Assembly: GCA_965226885.1 (NCBI GenBank)
Contig: CBDDEL010000014.1
Coordinates: forward strand, 160,001 to 224,000
Source of the DNA: Opitutales bacterium
GTDB taxonomy: Bacteria > Verrucomicrobiota > Verrucomicrobiia > Opitutales > UBA2987
Reading direction: 5' to 3'
DNA length: 64,000 bases
Every line of letters starts with the position of its first letter. The stretch's first letter is position 1. Of the stretch, positions 1-10,106 are shown in pieces. The notes under the pieces were generated by a model, which saw nothing but the letters and a program-made list of their open reading frames with translations, did no database searches and was not told the origin of the DNA. The position numbers were made by a program, and so were the translations under genes.

Positions 1-679
1 GTCGGTCCAGCAGAGCTCCGGTGAGCCGTTCGGAACCGAGCACTTCGATCCAGTTCTCAAAGGGCAGGTTGGTGGTGACGATGAGACTGGTGCGCTCGTA
101 AGCGCGGCTGACCACGTCGAAGAGCAGTTCGGAACCGGTCTTGGAAAAAGGGACGTAACCGAGTTCGTCGAGGATGAGTAGGTCGAGCCTTTCGAGTTGC
201 TTCATGAAGCGCTGCAGGTCGTGGTTGTCGCGTTGCTCGAGCATATGGGTAACCAGGGCGGTGACCCCGAAGAAACGGATCCGCCGGCCCTGGGCACAGG
301 CGGCAAAGCCCAGGGCGGTGGCCAGGTGCGTTTTACCGGTACCGGCGTTACCGAGGAGCAGCACGTTTTCGCGCTGGTCGACATACTCCCCGCGCATGAG
401 CTCTCGGATGAGCGCTTCGTTGATCGAGGGCTGCGCTTCAAAGGCGAAGCTCTCGAGGGTCTTGAGCACGGGGAAACGGGCGTTTTTGATCCGCCGCTGG
501 GCGGCCCGCTGTTCGCGTTCAATGAGCTCCCGTTCGACCAGATGCAACAAAAAGGCGGCGTAATCGAGCCGGTCCCGGGAACAAGCCGCGGCCACCGCCG
601 GCCATTCGCGCAGGATGGTGGGCAACTTCAGTTTCTTGAGGTGATGGTGTAACAGCAGCTGGTTTTTTTCTTCCTTCAT
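1..679 (-). CDS. istB: IS21 helper ATPase IstB (runs off window)
   Basis: Manual translation MKEEKNQLLLHHHLKKLKLP...GNAGTGKTHLA (Walker A)...LLILDELGYVPF (Walker B). ATGA overlap with the istA stop. Confidence 0.9.
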   Translation of the reverse strand, partial: MKEEKNQLLLHHHLKKLKLPTILREWPAVAAACSRDRLDYAAFLLHLVERELIEREQRAAQRRIKNARFPVLKTLESFAFEAQPSINEALIRELMRGEYVDQRENVLLLGNAGTGKTHLATALGFAACAQGRRIRFFGVTALVTHMLEQRDNHDLQRFMKQLERLDLLILDELGYVPFSKTGSELLFDVVSRAYERTSLIVTTNLPFENWIEVLGSERLTGALLDR

Positions 680-2158
680 AAAGCCCCTCCTGGAATCTTG
701 AGCAGTTCGCTGTAGGCACCGAGGTCAGGGGCGGCCACACGGACGTGACGCAGGTGTGGATGGCCGTCCAGCCGGAAGGTTCTGCTCCCGTAGTCTTCCT
801 GAGGATAGAGATACTGGGCGATGGCCTCACGAGTCAGTCCCCCCACCCGCAGGGCCGAGACGACGGCCTGCTGCAAGGCCGCCATGGGGTGTTTCTCCAA
901 CAGCCGCAGCACCCGGATATACTCCCGGGTGCCTTCGCCCCCGCATTGGCTTTCGAGCCGGCGTCTGAGGACCTGCAGGCACTGCGGCAACTGCCAGCCC
1001 GAGAGTGGGCGGGCGAAGTCCAAAGCGCCCGGTTTTTTCTCCAGCAAAGCCAGGTAGTGCACCGGCTCGAAAGAGACTTGCTCTTTATCCCAAATGCGGC
1101 GGTGCCGGGCCACCTCTTGGCCCCCACAGAAGATCACCACCTGCCGACAGGACCCTTCCACCACCACCGGATGGTGGGCGCAGCGCACCGGCACCGAATA
1201 GTCGTTGCACTCGAAGCGCACCAGCGAGAGGCTGCTGACGCAGGTCGAGCGTTTGCGGCTCGCTTCAAAGGGTATGGGCGGCAACGCCAGCATGACGGCG
1301 CGCTCCTCGGCCAGCAGTTCCTTTTTCACCGCCCTTTTCCCGCGTAATTTACGCTCCATGTCCCGCTCACATGCCTCCAACAGCTTTGCGTTGAGTTCCT
1401 CCAGGTCCCGAACCTGCGGTACCGGTACCAGGAAGTTGGCCCGGGCATAACGCACGATCCCCTCGACCACGCCCTTCTCGTTGGGCCGGGCGGGCAGACA
1501 GAAGTGTTCCTCGAACAGGTAATGGCTCTGTAGCTGCAGAAACCCGTCGGTCAGCTTGCGTTCACGCGAACCGATAATCTTACCCACCGCCACCTTCGAG
1601 TTGTCATAGCTGATGCGCCGGGGCACCGCCCCGAAAAACTCAAAAGCTCGCAGGTGCCCCTCCCAGAAGCTCTCCGTGCACTCCCGTTCGAACACCTGCA
1701 CGAAAAAGGCATCGCTGTAGGGCAGGCTCATGGCAAAAAATGGCCGCCTACGCAATTGCCCCGCCTCCTTCACCAGGGCATGACCGAAGTCCACCTGTCC
1801 CTCCCCGGGGCGGTGCTCCAGCGGCACGAACACTTCCCGCCGCCTCCTTGACCGCCGTGTAGCCCCCTTGGTAGCCCTTCTCCCGACCCAAACGCTGGTA
1901 GATCCGTTTGGCCGTATGGCGCTGCTTCTTGGGCACGTTCCGGTCCGCTTTGAGCACCTCCTCGATCCAGCCCACATACGGATCGATCTTGCGCTCTCGC
2001 CTCTTCTTGCGCCGGTATCCCGGCGGCTGGGAATAGGCCAGCATCTTTCCCAGGGTCTCCCAGTGCAGTCCCTCTTCTCGCATTACAGAGCGCTTGCTCT
2101 GCTTGTCCCGCAGCACTTTGTGCCGCACTCTTGTCCATTGCTTCATATCTCGATACAC
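676..2158 (-). pseudogene. istA: IS21 transposase IstA, frameshifted near 1835-1850
   Basis: N-terminal HTH part (1748..2158, ...GYTAVKEA) and catalytic part (EVFVPL...QVDFG...YDN...NEKGVVE) lie in different frames. Confidence 0.85.
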
Positions 2159-2439
2159 TCCTCCTTTCTAGGATAAGCGTACCGGTTTTAAAGCGCCCTC
2201 TTTACCGTACCGGTTTTTCCCCGGCGTTTACAATCGTTGCCGGGAACTTTACGAGCGTCTGCCACGGGCCTACAAAAGATGTGCCACCTACAGCGACTTT
2301 TGGAGCACTTATGATGAAGTCTTTCCTCATAACCGATCCGTGGGAAAAGAAACCGGTGAAACGGCCCATGTGGAACGATGGAACAATACCCTGCGCCAAC
2401 GACTGGGTCGTTTCACACGCAAAGCCCTCTCCTTTTCCA

Positions 2440-3235
2440 GGTAGTGTTAACATGACGAATGTTTGATATTGCTGTTGTATTCCCAGATGAACAAGCACAG
2501 GACGCGAAAATGCATGACCAAAGACTTCGAGAATGACAGCGTTTTACGCACATAGCGTGACAGGGACTGTCGCAAGGTATTGTTCCAGCGTTCGATATGG
2601 GCGGTTTGGCCGGATTGTTTCCCGCTGGCGCTGTTGTGAGGGAAAACCTTGTCGTAGCTTTCCCAGTAATCGCTTACGGTGGCACAGTCGCGATAGGGTT
2701 GGGCGATGTTGTGATACAACTGCCAGCACGTTTGATCGCTACGATCACCCAGAGAAAACCCGACGACCTGTCGGGTACGTCGACACAAGGCTACCCATAG
2801 CCATACCTGCCCCGAACGCTTATCGCCCCAGAATGACCACACCTCGTCCAGTTCCAGCACATCACTACACTGGCGGGCAAGCAGAGTGGACTCCAGCTTC
2901 GGCAAACTCAGGACTTTTTTTTAATCCATTCGATGACCGTCTTTGGGGCTACCCCGAAGGTACGGTAAATGGCACGCAGGCTCATCCGGTTTTGGTGCGC
3001 ACGGAGCACCTGCTTGACCAGCGCCGGAGGATGCTCACGACTTTTGGGGTGAAGCCGAAACTGATAACCACACCCCTTGCATCGATACTTCTGAACCCCT
3101 TTCGGATCCTTGCCGTGCTTGATGATGTGATCGCTTCCGCATTGAGGACATTTTACTGTGATATGGACCATTCCCAGTTCACAACATAATCACGCTAAAA
3201 AGTACAGCTTAAACATTCAAAATGTTAACACTACC
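2440..3235 (-). mobile_element. Inner IS1-family element, apparently intact (796 bp)
   Basis: IR GGTAGTGTTAACAT at 2440 and its inverse ending at 3235. 8-bp target duplication CTTTTCCA at 2432-2439 and 3236-3243. Confidence 0.92.
2447..3171 (-). CDS. IS1 transposase InsA (2908..3171) + InsB (2447..2905), joined by -1 frameshift
   Basis: InsA zinc ribbon CPQC...CKGC plus HTH. InsB ELDEVWSF...HIERWNNTLR. A8G slippery run at 2914-2922. Confidence 0.88.
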
Positions 3236-3332
3236 CTTTTCCAAGCTTAAGAGTATGCATGAAACCTGTCTGAGACTTTTCATTCATCAATATAATCAAG
3301 AATTAGCCACCATTCCTACTTAATACACTACC

Positions 3333-4647
3333 GGGTGTTGCGCACGATGACCGCTCCGATCTTGATTAATTTGAGCCGCAGGGTGTGGCATTGGGCCCGC
3401 GCCCACTTCGTCCCTTTTAAGGCTAACCGGCGCATGGCTTCCATCAAGGTGTAGGCCAGCGCCGACAAGAGCAATCGGCACTGATTGGCCCACCATTGAT
3501 GGGCGCTGGTGCGCTCGCTGAACAATTGCATCTGTTCCTTGATTCGGTTCTCCATTTCACCGCGGCCACAGTATACCTTGTCGTAAAGCTCCTGGGGATC
3601 GCCCGGCAGGTTCGTCACCACGAAGCGCGGGTTGGACCCCTGTGCGGTGTGTTCGGCTTTATGGATGACCAACCGCAGCCATCGCCACGAATCGGCAGCA
3701 TAGACGAAGTCCTGGAATAACCGTTGTTTTTTACCCCTTAGTTCGAACCATTCTTTGGCCTGCTTTTGCAACTGCTGGGCGTCTTGCTGCAAGCGTGCAT
3801 TGCGAGCCATCCCCACGATGTAACTAACTTCGTTGCGGTCGCACCAAGAGAGTATCCGGTCTCGACAAAATCCACTGTCGGCGCGCCAAATAATCCGCGT
3901 ACGGGGCCAGCTTTGGCGAATCCGTTTAACCAGCAATTTGAGGATGGCCCCGGCATGCTTGCTGGCATCGATCTTGCTCGGCCGCAGGTAGGCCACCAGC
4001 AGCTGATCACCGCAAAAAACATATAGCGGCAGAAAACAGTAATGATCATAATAACCGTGGAAAAAACGTCCCTCCTGGAGCCCGTGCACCGGATTGTCGG
4101 TGGCGTCAAAGTCCAGGATGATCTCTTCGGGTTCCTCGGCAAAGGAGCCCATGAACTGTTCGACCAACAGCTCGTTTACCGCAAAGGCCGCCCGCCGATC
4201 CTGCCCGTTTTCAAAACGACACAAAGTCGGCGCGCTGGCCAACGTTTCAATGCGCCCCGTTACCGTTTGCAACAATGGATCGTGGCGCAGGGTATCAAAG
4301 TCGTTCAAATCCTCATAGCCCGCCACCAGCCCGTAAACGCGCTGCCGCAGCATCCCCAATACCTCATGGCGTACTTTGCCCTTCTGCCGTTTGTCCACTA
4401 ACTGTCGGGCCGCTCGTTCGGTCAAGCCCAACTGCCGATCCACTTCCCGGATCAAAAGCAGTCCGGCATCCGAAGTAACCTCTCCGCCCTTGAAATCAAC
4501 CCGCACACGGCGGCCTTTTACCCTTGTCAACTGTAGCTTTAATTGTTTACCTTTTGTCATCGCTGATATTGCTTTAATTATTGATCTATCCTGCTGTATA
4601 TCAGCAGTTAAGCATATCAACGATACTTTTTTTACGAAATATCCGGG
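3333..4647 (-). mobile_element. IS1380-family copy 1, 3'-truncated by the outer IS1
   Basis: Near-identical to the copies at 22180 and 35176. The ORF stops at VIVRNTR where the IS1 end begins. Left IR CCCGGATATTTC at 4647. Confidence 0.92.
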
Positions 4648-5194
4648 CTAAGTTGTCATTTGAATCACAATTTGATGTAGTATTTTCAAACGCGGCTCTA
4701 CACTGGGTTAAGAATCATAAACTGGTTATAGAGGGGTTGTTCAGAAGCCTTAAATCAAATGGAAAAATACTCCTGCAAATGGGAGGTGAAGGCAATGCGG
4801 CAGTTATACTTTCAATTTTAGATGAGCTTCAAACCTCCAATGAATGGAAGCGATACTTTACCGATTTTGACTTTCCTTACGGCTTTTATGGTATAGAAAA
4901 ATACAAAAGATTATTAGATGAATCTGGTTTTAGTATTAATCGTGTAGAACTCATCCAGAAAGATATGGAGCATGATGGTAAGTCTGGTTTGGAAGGGTGG
5001 ATTCGAACGACGTGGTTGCCCTACGTAGAGCGAATCCCGAATCCCGAATCCCTTTAGAAAAAAGGGGAAATTTTATAAAAACTCTCTCCACCGAGTACAT
5101 AAAGATACAGCCATTAGATTCTAGGGGTAAAGTACACGTGGAAATGGTCAGAATTGAAGTTGAAGCGGAAAAGCTTGAACCCCCTACTATTTAA
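4648..5194 (+). pseudogene. Class I SAM-dependent methyltransferase (Tam-like), 5'-interrupted by IS1380 and frameshifted
   Basis: FDVVFSNAALHWV motif. Triple CGAATCC repeat at 5031-5051 shifts the frame. Confidence 0.8.
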
Positions 5195-5269
5195 AAGAAA
5201 TAGTAGTATTTCCCTTATACCTCAAAACGCGTTGTAGTGGTCAGCTGTCTGAATTGGCAAGTGCTGTCC

Positions 5270-6478
5270 CTAACTGGTAGAGTCGAGGGCGAAGCGGATA
5301 TGGGGGGAGTAAAATTCCGGTTCGAGGAGGAAGGAGTCGTGGCCTTTTTCCGAATGAACGGTGATGCGGGTGGTTGGCAACTGGGCCTTTTTTAATTGGG
5401 ATTCGAGCCGTTTTTGCTCTTCCGGGAAATAGCAGGAATCGGAGTCGATGCTGAATATGAGGTGTCGCTGGTTCCGGCAGCAGCTGAACAGTTCCGTGTA
5501 ATCGGAAGTTTCTATATCGGCGAGGAGGTTGAAACTGGACCAGGCATCGAGAATTCTGAGGTAGGAATTGGCGTCAAACCGGCGGGCGAATTTTTTCCCC
5601 TGGTGCAGCATGTATGCCTCCAGGTCGTGATTGAATCGATACCAGTCGAATGATTTTTCCGAATGAGGCGTATTCTGTTTTACGCGGGTTTCGAGCAAAT
5701 CCGGGGCGACAAAAGTTTTATGGCTGATGATGCGGGCATGAGCCATGCCTGAATCGGGCGTTTTTTTACCATAATAGTTGCCGCTCTGGAAGTTCGCATC
5801 CTTTTCTATGGCGTAGATTTGCTCGAAAATAAGGATTTGTTGCCGCGGCGTTGTTTCCAACCCAGTGGCGATGAGGACGACGTTGCGCACCCGATCGGGA
5901 TAACGAACGGCAAAGTTGAGGGACAACTGGCCGCCGGTCGAGCTGCCCAGAACGGCGTGAGCAGTTTCGATGCCGAGATTATCGAGCAATTTTACCTGCG
6001 AATCCACTATGTCGAACAAGCTGATGCGGGGAAAAAGCGGCCCATAGGGAGCCGAAGTTTGAGGATTGATGGAGGTCGGTCCGGTGGAACCATAGCAGCC
6101 GCCCAGGTAATTTGCGCAGATGACGAAATATTGATCGGTATCGAGGGCCTTTCCGGGACCGATAAAGCGATCCCACCAACCAATCTGGCAGTCCTTTGTC
6201 CAGAGGGCGCCAACCCCCTCGACGGCGGGATTGAAACCGGCGGCGTGCTGGCTGCCGGTCAAAGCGTGAAAAAGAAGGATGGCGTTATCCCGCCGCCGGT
6301 TGAGGCGCCCGTAGGTTTCGTAACTGAGAGAGGCTTCCAGAAGGGATTCACCCGACTTCAATAAAATAGGATTGGAGGCATTTGCGATAGGCATCCACCG
6401 GGTCGTGGCGCGACCATTGGCGGAAACGGAAATGCTGCTTTCCCCAGTGCTCAAGGTTTTTGTCCTCTCGGAAATCAT
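5270..6478 (-). CDS. metX: Homoserine O-acetyltransferase (MetX family)
   Basis: HALTG, GGCYGSTGP, GSSTGG nucleophile, RRFDANSY and GHDSFLLE motifs. Confidence 0.9.
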   Translation of the reverse strand: MISERTKTLSTGESSISVSANGRATTRWMPIANASNPILLKSGESLLEASLSYETYGRLNRRRDNAILLFHALTGSQHAAGFNPAVEGVGALWTKDCQIGWWDRFIGPGKALDTDQYFVICANYLGGCYGSTGPTSINPQTSAPYGPLFPRISLFDIVDSQVKLLDNLGIETAHAVLGSSTGGQLSLNFAVRYPDRVRNVVLIATGLETTPRQQILIFEQIYAIEKDANFQSGNYYGKKTPDSGMAHARIISHKTFVAPDLLETRVKQNTPHSEKSFDWYRFNHDLEAYMLHQGKKFARRFDANSYLRILDAWSSFNLLADIETSDYTELFSCCRNQRHLIFSIDSDSCYFPEEQKRLESQLKKAQLPTTRITVHSEKGHDSFLLEPEFYSPHIRFALDSTS

Positions 6479-6509
6479 GCCCTTAAAAGGCGCTTACAGT
6501 TATTTATTT

Positions 6510-7811
6510 TCAGCCTGCACCCGCGAGGACGGTTGGCAAGGCTTTGCTGAAGGCCAGGTCGAGGTCTGCAAGAATGTCGTCGATATTTTCAATGCCCACA
6601 GATAACCGGATGAGGTCCGCGGTTATGCCGCCTGCTGCCTGCTGTTCCTCGGTCATTTGCGAATGTGTGGTGGTGGCCGGGTGAATAGCCAGGCTTTTGG
6701 CGTCACCGACATTTGCCAGATGCGAAAAGAGTTCGAGGCTTTCAATAAACTTGCTGCCCGCTTCCTTGCCGCCCTCGATTCCAAAGACGACCATGGCGCC
6801 GCCCTTGCCGCCCAGGTATTTCTGGTTCAGGGCATAGGCCGGATCGTTTTCCAGTCCCGGAAAGCGCACCCATTTGACGGCATCCTTTTTGCCAAGGTGT
6901 TTGGCCACCGCGAGGGCGTTTTCGCAATGCCGATCCATGCGTAAAGGAAGCGTTTCCACCCCTTGAAGGAAAATCCAGGCATTGTCCGGGGAAATGCAGG
7001 CGCCCAGGTTGCGCAGGGGCACTACCCTCATGCGGAGAATGAAAGCCAGTGGACTGAGATCGCCCAGGTCATGGGCCCAGCGAATGCCGTGGTAGCTCGG
7101 GTCGGGATCGGAAAGGAGGGGAAATTTCCCGCTCGTCCAGTCAAACTTGCCGGAATCTACCACCACTCCGCCAATGCCGGTGCCGTGGCCGCCGAGCCAC
7201 TTGGTGAGGGAATGAATAGAGAGATCCGCACCGAACTCTATGGGCCGCTCGAGGTAGGGAGTGGAAAAAGTGCTGTCCACCACCAGGGGAATCCCGTGGG
7301 CGTGAGCGATAGCGGCAATGGCCTCGATATCGGCCACATCAAGGCCGGGATTACTGACCGATTCGCAAAAGAGCAGTTTGGTTTTTTCCGTAATGGCGGC
7401 GGCAAAATTTTCTGGATGATTGGGATCGACGAAACGCGTCTTGATGCCGAACTGGGGCAGAATATCGTTAAACTGGGTGTAAGTGCCCCCATACAGATTG
7501 TTGGCCGATACAAGCTCGTCCCCGGCCTGGCAAAGATTGATTACCGAGTAGAACACGCCGCTGGTGCCCGAGGCCGTGAGGAGGGCGGCGGCCCCGCCGT
7601 CGAGGGCGGCAATGCGTTGTTCGAGGACATCGTGTGTCGGGTTCATGATGCGGCTGTAAATATTGCCGAGTTCTTTTAGGGCAAAGAGATTGGCCGCGTG
7701 TTCGGTGTTTTTGAACACATAGGAGCTGGTCCGATAAATGGGAACGGCGCGGGAATTGGTGGTGGGATCGGGCTGCGTCCCCCCATGAAGGCATGTGGTT
7801 TCAAATTTCAT
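6510..7811 (-). CDS. metY: O-acetylhomoserine aminocarboxypropyltransferase (sulfhydrylase)
   Basis: IYSRIMNPT, HSLTKWLGGHG (PLP lysine), HLANVGDAKSLAIHPATTTH. Confidence 0.92.
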   Translation of the reverse strand: MKFETTCLHGGTQPDPTTNSRAVPIYRTSSYVFKNTEHAANLFALKELGNIYSRIMNPTHDVLEQRIAALDGGAAALLTASGTSGVFYSVINLCQAGDELVSANNLYGGTYTQFNDILPQFGIKTRFVDPNHPENFAAAITEKTKLLFCESVSNPGLDVADIEAIAAIAHAHGIPLVVDSTFSTPYLERPIEFGADLSIHSLTKWLGGHGTGIGGVVVDSGKFDWTSGKFPLLSDPDPSYHGIRWAHDLGDLSPLAFILRMRVVPLRNLGACISPDNAWIFLQGVETLPLRMDRHCENALAVAKHLGKKDAVKWVRFPGLENDPAYALNQKYLGGKGGAMVVFGIEGGKEAGSKFIESLELFSHLANVGDAKSLAIHPATTTHSQMTEEQQAAGGITADLIRLSVGIENIDDILADLDLAFSKALPTVLAGAG

Positions 7812-7837
7812 GTTAGTTAAACTTATGTTATCTTATC

Positions 7838-8599
7838 TTAGGTATTTGATTTTGAAGGGTTGATTTTATCGCTGTAATTGATGTTGCAGTAAATGGGCCG
7901 GTTGCCGTTGGACGCCCTTAAGTGACGCCATCTCCCGGCCCGGCTGACTTCACCCGGTTTTACGGGAGTCGTGCAGACGGCGCATCCGATGCCTGCATAG
8001 GATTGAGCGTAAAGGGGGTGAACGGGGACATCATGCTCACGTATATAGGACTCTAATCGCTCAGAGTTCCAGTCAAAAAGCGGGTTGAAAACAGTGCAAT
8101 TAATGCGTGGGTCCCTGCTGATGGCCTGCACATCTGTGCGTCTATTGCCTTCGGCTCGCATGAGCCCGCTGATGAGGGCCTTGGCCTGGAAGCGATCGAC
8201 CGCTTTGATGAGGGGTAGTTCCTTGCGCAAATGGCAGCATAGGGGCTGTCCGTCAACATAGCGGTGAAGTTCCGCGGCAAACCTTTTGTTCTGTTCGAGG
8301 GGAGTCAGGTCCGGTTGCACAGTGGTAATATCCAGGCCGTATTTTTTCTGAAATTGATCCCGGATGGCCAGGGTCTCGGGAAAATGCAATTGGGTATCGA
8401 TAAAAACAATGTTGGCCTGTGCCCTGGTTCGGTAAATCATATGCATGAGGACGCCGGCCGTTTTCTGCATACTTGAGAGATGGATCGCTCGGGTGCCGTA
8501 AATGGCGTCGATCATACGAATCCGGTCCAGAGCATCCGCGGTCGCGAATTCCGCTTTATTGATTTCAGCTGCAAGTTCAGCTGCAAGCATAGTATTCAT
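7838..8599 (-). CDS. cysH: APS/PAPS reductase (CC + CxxC iron-sulfur type)
   Basis: FIDTQLHFPET, LCCHLRK, IGCAVCT, RAGRW. Start placed at ATG 8599, just after the cobA stop. Confidence 0.85.
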   Translation of the reverse strand: MNTMLAAELAAEINKAEFATADALDRIRMIDAIYGTRAIHLSSMQKTAGVLMHMIYRTRAQANIVFIDTQLHFPETLAIRDQFQKKYGLDITTVQPDLTPLEQNKRFAAELHRYVDGQPLCCHLRKELPLIKAVDRFQAKALISGLMRAEGNRRTDVQAISRDPRINCTVFNPLFDWNSERLESYIREHDVPVHPLYAQSYAGIGCAVCTTPVKPGEVSRAGRWRHLRASNGNRPIYCNINYSDKINPSKSNT

Positions 8600-8601
8600 G
8601 T

Positions 8602-9396
8602 TCAGGCGTTGACAATATAAGGTTGAGGTTGGTCGGTGAACTCCTGCCTCCCGGCGCAACCCAGTTGGCCGATGGCTGCTCCAATTTCGACCACAGGGCC
8701 GATGACGATTATGGCGGGGGGCTGCGCCTCGGCTGCTTTTTCCACGATATCGGCAAGGTTTCCGGTGTAGGTTTTCTGATCCGGCAAAGTTCCGCGCTCG
8801 ATAATGGCAACCGGTGTTTGCGGGCTTCGTCCAAACGTTGTCAGATTGGAAACGATTTCCCGCAGATGACGCACCCCCATGAGAAAGACGGCGGTGTCCA
8901 CCCGGGCGGCCAGTTCCCAATCGATCCCGAAGAGGGAGCCTCCGGCGGCATGCCCGGTAAATACGGCGAAATTAGCCGCCGTGCCCCTGTGGGTGAGGGG
9001 AATGCCCGACATGGCCGGCACTCCGCTGCACGAGCTGACACCCGGTATGAGTTGAAATTCAATGCCTGCCTGACGCAACTCAAGGCACTCCTCCGAACCG
9101 CGCCCAAATATGAACGGGTCGCCGCCCTTTAGCCGCACCACGGTTTTCCCCTGGCGGGCCCAGGCAATCAACAAACGCGCAATGCGTTCCTGCTCGCTGA
9201 ATGGCGTATGATTGCTCTGTTTGCCGACATAAATGTGCTCCGCCTGGGGGGCGTAAGAAGCGAGCAATGCTGGATTGACGAGCCGGTCGTAAAGGACGAC
9301 ATCCGCCTGCTTGAGGGCTTCCACCGCGCCCACCGTAATCAAGGATGGATCCCCTGGGCCCGCCCCCGCAATAATCACTTTTCCTGTCGTCGTCAT
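8602..9396 (-). CDS. cobA: Uroporphyrinogen-III C-methyltransferase
   Basis: GAGPGDP, YDRLV, RLKGGDPFIFGRG motifs. Confidence 0.92.
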   Translation of the reverse strand: MTTTGKVIIAGAGPGDPSLITVGAVEALKQADVVLYDRLVNPALLASYAPQAEHIYVGKQSNHTPFSEQERIARLLIAWARQGKTVVRLKGGDPFIFGRGSEECLELRQAGIEFQLIPGVSSCSGVPAMSGIPLTHRGTAANFAVFTGHAAGGSLFGIDWELAARVDTAVFLMGVRHLREIVSNLTTFGRSPQTPVAIIERGTLPDQKTYTGNLADIVEKAAEAQPPAIIVIGPVVEIGAAIGQLGCAGRQEFTDQPQPYIVNA

Positions 9397-9416
9397 CTAA
9401 ATTTAATTAAGATAAT

Positions 9417-10103
9417 CTAAACCAGAACGGGTTCTTCCCGCGCCGATACCTTTTCGTTTTTGAATGATTCCAATAATTCGTTGAACCGTGCTTCCGCCGC
9501 TCCATCATTTTTCTTCAGGAGGCCGGGTAATGACGATTCGAGGACTGCGCTCCAAAATTGTTTGCGCACTTCATAGGTGGGCAGGGACCTGATGACCAAT
9601 GGGCGTTTGGATCCCAGGAAATCGGCCAGTTGACCGAGAGAATCGGTCAGCAGATGGCGTTCAATCCTGTTCCTCAATCGTTGGGCCATGGCCGGGCTTT
9701 TCCCGGAAGATGTGACCGCTACCTGAATCGGCCCGGAGCGGGCCACGGCGGGGTAGATGAAATTGCTGTTAGCCGCGTCGTCATGGGAATTGACAAGCTG
9801 CCGAGACATTGCAGAAGGGGAGCAGACCTCGCTTTTCTCCGCCTCGTCATCGGTCGTGACAACGACTAGAAAAGCGTCAATCGCATCGGAGGCCCGCACT
9901 TTCCGCCGCAACCACCGTACCTGGCCCTTTTCAGCCCACGACTGGATTTTGTCGTCCGCATTTTCAGCAATAATCGTTACCACGGCTCCAGCATGAAGGA
10001 AGCTTTCGATCCGGGAAATGGCAACTTCGCCACCGCCCACGACCAGGCATCGGCGGTCTGCCAAATCGAGGTATACGGGAAAATAATTGTTCGATGCGGT
10101 CAT
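9417..10103 (-). CDS. Precorrin-2 dehydrogenase/sirohydrochlorin ferrochelatase (CysG N-terminal/Met8-like)
   Basis: YFPVYLDL, LVVGGGEVA, TSSGKSP motifs. Adjacent to cobA and sulfite reductase. Confidence 0.88.
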   Translation of the reverse strand: MTASNNYFPVYLDLADRRCLVVGGGEVAISRIESFLHAGAVVTIIAENADDKIQSWAEKGQVRWLRRKVRASDAIDAFLVVVTTDDEAEKSEVCSPSAMSRQLVNSHDDAANSNFIYPAVARSGPIQVAVTSSGKSPAMAQRLRNRIERHLLTDSLGQLADFLGSKRPLVIRSLPTYEVRKQFWSAVLESSLPGLLKKNDGAAEARFNELLESFKNEKVSAREEPVLV

Positions 10104-10106
10104 GAT

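Larger units (their letters stand above)
1..2232 (-). mobile_element. IS21-family element (right part outside window)
   Basis: istA/istB pair. Left end on minus strand reads TGTAAACGCC at 2232, with two subterminal AAAACCGGTACG repeats typical of IS21 ends. Confidence 0.9.
2233..3332 (+). mobile_element. Outer IS1-family element (3' part only), interrupted by IS21 and by a second IS1
   Basis: 2235-2439 translates RCRELYERLP...TAHVERWNNTLRQRLGRFTRKALSFS and resumes after 3243 as KLKSMHETCLRLFIHQYN...stop at 3323. Ends in ACACTACC at 3332. Confidence 0.85.

Noticed and set aside
7838..8920. 360-aa N-terminally extended CysH
   Set aside because: The extension overlaps cobA in another frame; ATG 8599 follows the cobA stop.
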